A stretch of 41,350 bases of DNA. Origin: a virus (taxonomy: Duplodnaviria > Caudoviricetes). The translations under genes were made by a program, and so were the position numbers. The stretch spans positions 1 to 41,350 of IMG/VR virus record IMGVR_UViG_3300037722_000155. One strand, given 5' to 3'. The notes below the pieces were generated by a model. It was not told the DNA's origin and did not search any database. It saw only the letters and a program-made list of their open reading frames with translations. Shown here in pieces: positions 36,848-41,350 of this stretch; within the stretch, counting starts at the first letter, position 1, and each line of letters starts with the position of its first letter.

Positions 36848-37537
36848 ATGAATGACGAAATCGAACGTATAAAAGACCGCATACGCAAGATGTTGTCGAT
36901 GGCGAATGACAAGGCCAACATCAACGAGAGTGCGGTGGCCGCAAGCATGGCGGAGAAGCTGATGCGAAAGTACCAGCTTGACATGTCCGACATCGAGATT
37001 GAGAAACTTGATGCACGGGATGCCAACAGCGAGTACGAGTATACTGGCCGGTCCTGCCCACTATGGAAGCAGAACCTCGCCGTTGTACTCGCCAATCTCA
37101 ATGACTGCCAAGTTCGCTACTCGAATCACGGGGAATATTCCCAGGGATTCCTTTTCCAGGGTGTAGGACCTGATCCCGTGGTGGCAGCTGAGATCTACAA
37201 GTACCTTGTTAATGAGGTAGAGCGTCTAGCCAAGGCATCCGTATCCGGGCGCAAGGCGATTAACAGCTTCAAGATTGGAGCCAAAGACACTCTGTGTCGC
37301 CGCTTGCGGGAGCTTAAGGCTGAGCGTGACGCACAATTCGCCGCTAGTTCCACAGGGACCGCTCTGGTAGTCCGTAAGAAAGACATCATTGAGGATGTCT
37401 TTGGTCAGGCCCAATACGGAAAGGGTAGTGGCGGAGCCAGAAGTGATTGGGAAGGGTATTACGCTGGGAAGCGCGCCGCTGAGGGGATCAATCTTAGCGA
37501 TCAGATCAGCGGCACCAAGCACACTCAATTAGATTAG
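36848..37537 (+). CDS. DUF2786-domain protein
   Basis: IRKMLSMA...NESAVA...AEKLMRKY; SF..G; GY.AG. Confidence 0.82.
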   Translation: MNDEIERIKDRIRKMLSMANDKANINESAVAASMAEKLMRKYQLDMSDIEIEKLDARDANSEYEYTGRSCPLWKQNLAVVLANLNDCQVRYSNHGEYSQGFLFQGVGPDPVVAAEIYKYLVNEVERLAKASVSGRKAINSFKIGAKDTLCRRLRELKAERDAQFAASSTGTALVVRKKDIIEDVFGQAQYGKGSGGARSDWEGYYAGKRAAEGINLSDQISGTKHTQLD

Positions 37538-37620
37538 ATAACCCTTGTAGCTCCCCCGCCCACGGCTGTATTATGTAATGCCCCCTGCAATTCAGCAGGC
37601 GGTTCTCTGGGGGAAGATGG

Positions 37621-39714
37621 GTGACGGCCACATTTGAATGGGAAGGATTCACAGAACAAAGACAATACTTAGCGAATAGGGGGATAGATGACATAACACT
37701 TCAGCGTATGAAGGTTGAAGTGGTAACAGCTCACAAACTTACCGAGCTAGGATTTAAATTCCACGAAACAGCCAATCGCGCTATCCTGTGGAACATCAGA
37801 GATATTTCAGGCAAACCGACTCAAAAGTACGGAGCCAGAGTATTCTACAATAAGGGGTTCGCCCCAGAAAATAAACGACCTAAATTTTTGACTCCGAAAG
37901 GTCAGATCCCTGGGGTCTATTTCAGCCCATTAGCTCGCTGGGACAAGATGGAGTACGGGCAGAACGTATACATCTGCGAATCATTCCTTAAGGCTGATAT
38001 CGCATGTATGCTAGGGTTCCACTCTGTCGGCGTCAGCGGCTGTTGGGGATGGCTCTACAAGAATCAATTGAATTGGGATTTTCAGAAAATCCCTTGGCGA
38101 GACATGGGGCTGGTTCCAGTCATATGTTTCGATTCAAATGTTCACCCTGAAACTCCCCTCTATGGCTCTGCCACCAAGTTCCGTGCTCAAATGGACATGC
38201 TGGTCCACATTGATTCTACCAGCATTATAGAACTTCCCCCACAAGAAGCTGATCCTCGTAAGGATTGGGGGCTGGATGATTTCTACCAGGAGAAGGGGAG
38301 GCAGGCCACGCTTGATTTTCTTAACAGTGAACCGACTCGACTCCCCTCCGAGCTGCGGCAGTATCTTAAAGAAATGAATGATCGAGTGGTGTTTGTCAAA
38401 GAATTGAGTCGAGTAGCAGACATAGAGAGTGGTATACTCATGTCTCGTGGCAATTTTGAGGATATGAATTATGCTAACATCATGGCAGAAAATGCAGAGG
38501 GTAAGGTGGTCCCTGTCGCCAAAGTATGGACACGCTGGGATAAACGAAGAGAAGTCAAGAAGATTGGCTATTATCCTGGCGAGGAGCGTGTGGTCGATCC
38601 AGAGTATTACAATCTCTGGAGAGGAATGGGATGTGAGCCTAAGATGGGTGATGTCTCTCTGTTTACTGATTGGATCAACGCTGTATTCCAATCTGAAATG
38701 GAGCGTGATTTCTTTTTGGACTGGTGGAGTTGGCAACTTCAGAATCTTGGCGGGAAGCTGACAACAGCTCTGGTCATGGTGGGAAAGAGTGGTATCGGTA
38801 AGGGCTGGATGACTGACTTGGTGCGTCAAATATTCGGTCAGGATAACGTGGCTCCTATTGATCTATTCACCCTTGGGCGTCAGTTCAACGGGGACTATGC
38901 GACAAAGCAATTAGCGATAGTTGAGGAGTCTGATCAGCTTGCGAGTCGTGGTGGGGGAGTAATCTATAACAAGCTGAAGGACATGATAACTAATGAATTC
39001 GTCAGAGTTGAACGGAAGGGCATGGACGCTTTTACCGTAGAGAATAGGGTCAATCTATTTCTCCAGGGGAATAATATTGACATATTCAAGATAGATGAGT
39101 TTGATAGGAGGCTGGCCGTGCTTGAGCTGGTGGACAGACATGGAGTCATACGGAATAAGTCAGACTATTGGATTCCTCGCTGGCGTTGGGGGAGGGAAGG
39201 AGGGGCAGCCATTGTCTACGGGTTTCTGCTATCCCGTGATCTAAGTAATTTCGATCCTCAAGGGGAAGCCCCGATGACTGAGGCTAAGCGGGATATGGTA
39301 GAGATGACACATGCTCCAATAGACCAGTGGGTGTCGGATTTAATGAGCGATCCTGTAGGAGTTATGCAGGTCAAGGGGAGTGTGGTGGATGGGAGAATAC
39401 ACACCGCGAAGGAGCTGATGTGGGTGTATATGGATGGTAATGTTCCACTATCGGAAATAACTCGAGCTGATACAATGAAAATGGTGAAAGCTCTTAAAAA
39501 CGCTAGGATTCCGGTTGCCAATGGTGGCCAGAAAATAAAGCTTGGCAACCTGAGTCAGCGTTATTTTCTGATAAATGGGGGTGTAGAGGGAGATAAGAGT
39601 AAAAATTGGTCAAAGGAGGGGGAAGAAAGAGTGTTTTGGAAAGCTCTGGTTGCCAGTGGGCAGGGTCAGGTTGCCAGCGAGAGTGGTGTTGGCAACCGGA
39701 ATACGAAATTTTAA
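37621..39714 (+). CDS. Primase-helicase (TOPRIM/DUF3854-like plus SF3/DUF5906 helicase)
   Basis: ICES..KA, G..G...W, ICFDSN, GLDDF; GKSGIGKG, IVEE, N...DRR. Confidence 0.88.
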   Translation: MTATFEWEGFTEQRQYLANRGIDDITLQRMKVEVVTAHKLTELGFKFHETANRAILWNIRDISGKPTQKYGARVFYNKGFAPENKRPKFLTPKGQIPGVYFSPLARWDKMEYGQNVYICESFLKADIACMLGFHSVGVSGCWGWLYKNQLNWDFQKIPWRDMGLVPVICFDSNVHPETPLYGSATKFRAQMDMLVHIDSTSIIELPPQEADPRKDWGLDDFYQEKGRQATLDFLNSEPTRLPSELRQYLKEMNDRVVFVKELSRVADIESGILMSRGNFEDMNYANIMAENAEGKVVPVAKVWTRWDKRREVKKIGYYPGEERVVDPEYYNLWRGMGCEPKMGDVSLFTDWINAVFQSEMERDFFLDWWSWQLQNLGGKLTTALVMVGKSGIGKGWMTDLVRQIFGQDNVAPIDLFTLGRQFNGDYATKQLAIVEESDQLASRGGGVIYNKLKDMITNEFVRVERKGMDAFTVENRVNLFLQGNNIDIFKIDEFDRRLAVLELVDRHGVIRNKSDYWIPRWRWGREGGAAIVYGFLLSRDLSNFDPQGEAPMTEAKRDMVEMTHAPIDQWVSDLMSDPVGVMQVKGSVVDGRIHTAKELMWVYMDGNVPLSEITRADTMKMVKALKNARIPVANGGQKIKLGNLSQRYFLINGGVEGDKSKNWSKEGEERVFWKALVASGQGQVASESGVGNRNTKF

Positions 39715-39870
39715 GTGGCTGAATTGCAAGGTAATCTTTGTAGTTAAGTTGCCAAGTTGCCAAGTTGTTATCGATATACCTACCCTTACATGTATATGTG
39801 TTCTAGAGCTTATGATATAGCTAATATATACCGGCGTAGGTTTTGCTTGGCAACCGGCACCTTGGCAACC
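39513..39870. repeat. Nine GTTGCCA/TGGCAAC iterons, putative replication origin
   Basis: Copies at 39513, 39542, 39648, 39669, 39689, 39747, 39755, 39847 and 39862 around an AT-rich core. Confidence 0.7.
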
Positions 39871-40240
39871 TGGAACAGTCTGGATGGGTGTTCGAAGCTG
39901 TCGTAATCCCCCCTGTTTTGCTCAGAATGGAGTGTAGTTGAGAGTCTTAGACTCAAAACATTTATTTCGATGGAACGGTGAAGCTTGGGCTTCATATAGA
40001 CTCCATTAACATTCATTTAACATAATTATGCGCATAAAAATCACTTAACATAATGCATCTTAGATTATGTTAAATACGAGTTAACATAATGCATCTTTGC
40101 CTATGCAGTATCCGTGCCAAAGATGGGCTTAGAACATTAAATTTTGGTAATGTTATTATGTAATATCAGCCACACTTGGACATTTAGATGGTGCATACTG
40201 ATCACACTGGCAATGACGCCAGCATATAGGAGACTGACAA

Positions 40241-40501
40241 ATGACTACTAAAGATAAGGTGCAAACCATCAAGATCGTCACCGGTGCCAAGGTGAATTTT
40301 CGCAACGGCTCCGCCCGCGCCGAGTATTATGCTCGCCTAAAGGCTTATGACAAAAAGCCGCTGGTGGATTTCGTGGCCAGCGTGGAAAAGGATCCTCCCA
40401 GCGTACCGAATAAAGGTAAGCTCGCTGGCAAGCCAGAGCCTGTCACGGGCTGGATCTCTTGGTTCACCCGGAACGGGTATGCCGAGATTGTGACTGCCTA
40501 G
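40241..40501 (+). CDS. Small basic protein, paralogue of 26589-26951
   Basis: AGGAG RBS; terminator follows. Confidence 0.8.
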   Translation: MTTKDKVQTIKIVTGAKVNFRNGSARAEYYARLKAYDKKPLVDFVASVEKDPPSVPNKGKLAGKPEPVTGWISWFTRNGYAEIVTA

Positions 40502-40513
40502 TCACGGAGATCT

Positions 40514-40542
40514 GAGGGCGCTCTGCGGAGCGCCCTCTTTCT
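40514..40542 (+). terminator. Rho-independent terminator
   Basis: GAGGGCGCTC/GAGCGCCCTC stem plus TTTCT. Confidence 0.8.
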
Positions 40543-40666
40543 GTGCGTGCGATTTAACATAATGCATCGGGGAGTATTATGTTATATCCCCCATTATGTT
40601 AAGTCGCTAACGACGAGTCCCCCTCTCATTGACCCCAACCAATACAAAAAAGAGTACTCCACTCAC

Positions 40667-40718
40667 TCACATATTCGATGAATCTGAGCTAAGTTCACAC
40701 ATTCGATGAATCTGAGCT
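40667..40718. repeat. 24-bp direct repeat, two copies
   Basis: TCACAYATTCGATGAATCTGAGCT at 40667 and 40695. Confidence 0.85.
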
Positions 40719-40814
40719 TATTTCTTAACTATAGTGAAATGAGCGAGCAAACACTCATTCATTCTTTTCTCCTCCTCTTTCTGCTCATCATCGCTCGGTG
40801 TCTCCCATGTCCAA

Positions 40815-41261
40815 TTACTGACTGGCGCGCACGGCGCGAACGAACCCGCTGTAGCGTCGGAGGATCCAGTTCGCGTAGCCGTCGTTGAAGTTGACGCTCC
40901 ACGCGCAGTCGCCCGGGGAGGGCGCATACACGGTTGACGTCCAGAACCAATCGCTCGGGCAGTCGGGGAAGAAACGGATATCGATCGCCGGCCCGTACTG
41001 TGTGTCATCGATCAGCGTAACGAGTTCAGCGCGCGTCGGGATCCGCCAGCCATCCAGCCATCCAGGCCAGACAGCCAGGCGCGATGCCTCGAGCGCGACG
41101 GCGATTCTCGCCTCGGTGTCTTCCGACCAGTCCTCTACCCTGATTGATTCAACGGCCCAGGTCAGGCCGGTCGTGTCGTCGCGGACGGCGATCCAGTCCG
41201 ATGCCTCTTTGTCGAGAGCCTCACCGTCCGGGCCGATCTTTGAATAGTGTTCATTGTTCAT
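40815..41261 (-). CDS. DUF1566 (Lcl C-terminal, C-type-lectin-fold) protein
   Basis: D..TGLTW, WRIPTRAELVTL, WFWTST, AW.V.F..G, VRAVR. Confidence 0.85.
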   Translation of the reverse strand: MNNEHYSKIGPDGEALDKEASDWIAVRDDTTGLTWAVESIRVEDWSEDTEARIAVALEASRLAVWPGWLDGWRIPTRAELVTLIDDTQYGPAIDIRFFPDCPSDWFWTSTVYAPSPGDCAWSVNFNDGYANWILRRYSGFVRAVRASQ

Positions 41262-41350
41262 TGTTCATTGCTCAGTGTCTCCTTCGGATAGTTACTCATC
41301 GCTCACCGTCTCCTTTCACATTTTTACCGTTCTAGCGGCAATCTCCCCTA
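41224..41350. repeat. Terminal overlap, identical to 1-127
   Basis: Exact match. Confidence 0.95.

Larger units (their letters stand above)
40015..40604. repeat. Array of XerD-arm-like (TTATGTTAAAT) sites
   Basis: Three exact and four near-exact copies; see findings. Confidence 0.75.

Noticed and set aside
40015-40718. CRISPR array or complete canonical dif site
   Set aside because: Repeats are short, irregularly spaced and in both orientations; no XerC-6bp-XerD arrangement is intact
41224-41350. 127-bp terminal direct repeat as biological DTR
   Set aside because: The length equals a common assembler k-mer and it cuts through the DUF1566 gene start; it indicates circularity only
40502-41350. 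Complete diversity-generating retroelement
   Set aside because: No reverse transcriptase ORF and no AAC-rich template copy found by eye

Overview
The window is a complete, circularly assembled tailed-phage genome of 41,223 bp. Positions 1-127 are repeated exactly at 41224-41350. It is podovirus-like and the host is probably a proteobacterium. I found no integrase, repressor, RNA polymerase, reverse transcriptase, tRNA or CRISPR array. The + strand late operon (1709-22555) encodes terS, decoration/Ig-like genes, terL, portal, scaffold, major capsid, a Maf/DUF115-methyltransferase fusion, adaptor, nozzle, ejection proteins, tail fibre and lysis genes. The - strand block (22552-35460) encodes PolA, exonuclease, VRR-NUC, SNF2 helicase, an AAA ATPase, a sulfotransferase and a thymidine-hypermodification cluster. 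That cluster has a dUMP hydroxymethylase, a 5-hmdU DNA kinase, a GREB1/TAGT-like glycosyltransferase, an HD hydrolase and DUF3310, but no amino-acid:DNA transferase. The + strand early block (35609-40501) ends in a primase-helicase, an iteron-rich origin candidate and an array of XerD-arm (dif half-site) sequences bracketing a small gene. A leftward cluster of small genes includes the anti-CBASS sponge Acb2 and a GC-rich DUF1566 gene that looks like a DGR target, although the genome has no RT or template repeat. All calls come from motif recognition by eye; no searches were run.
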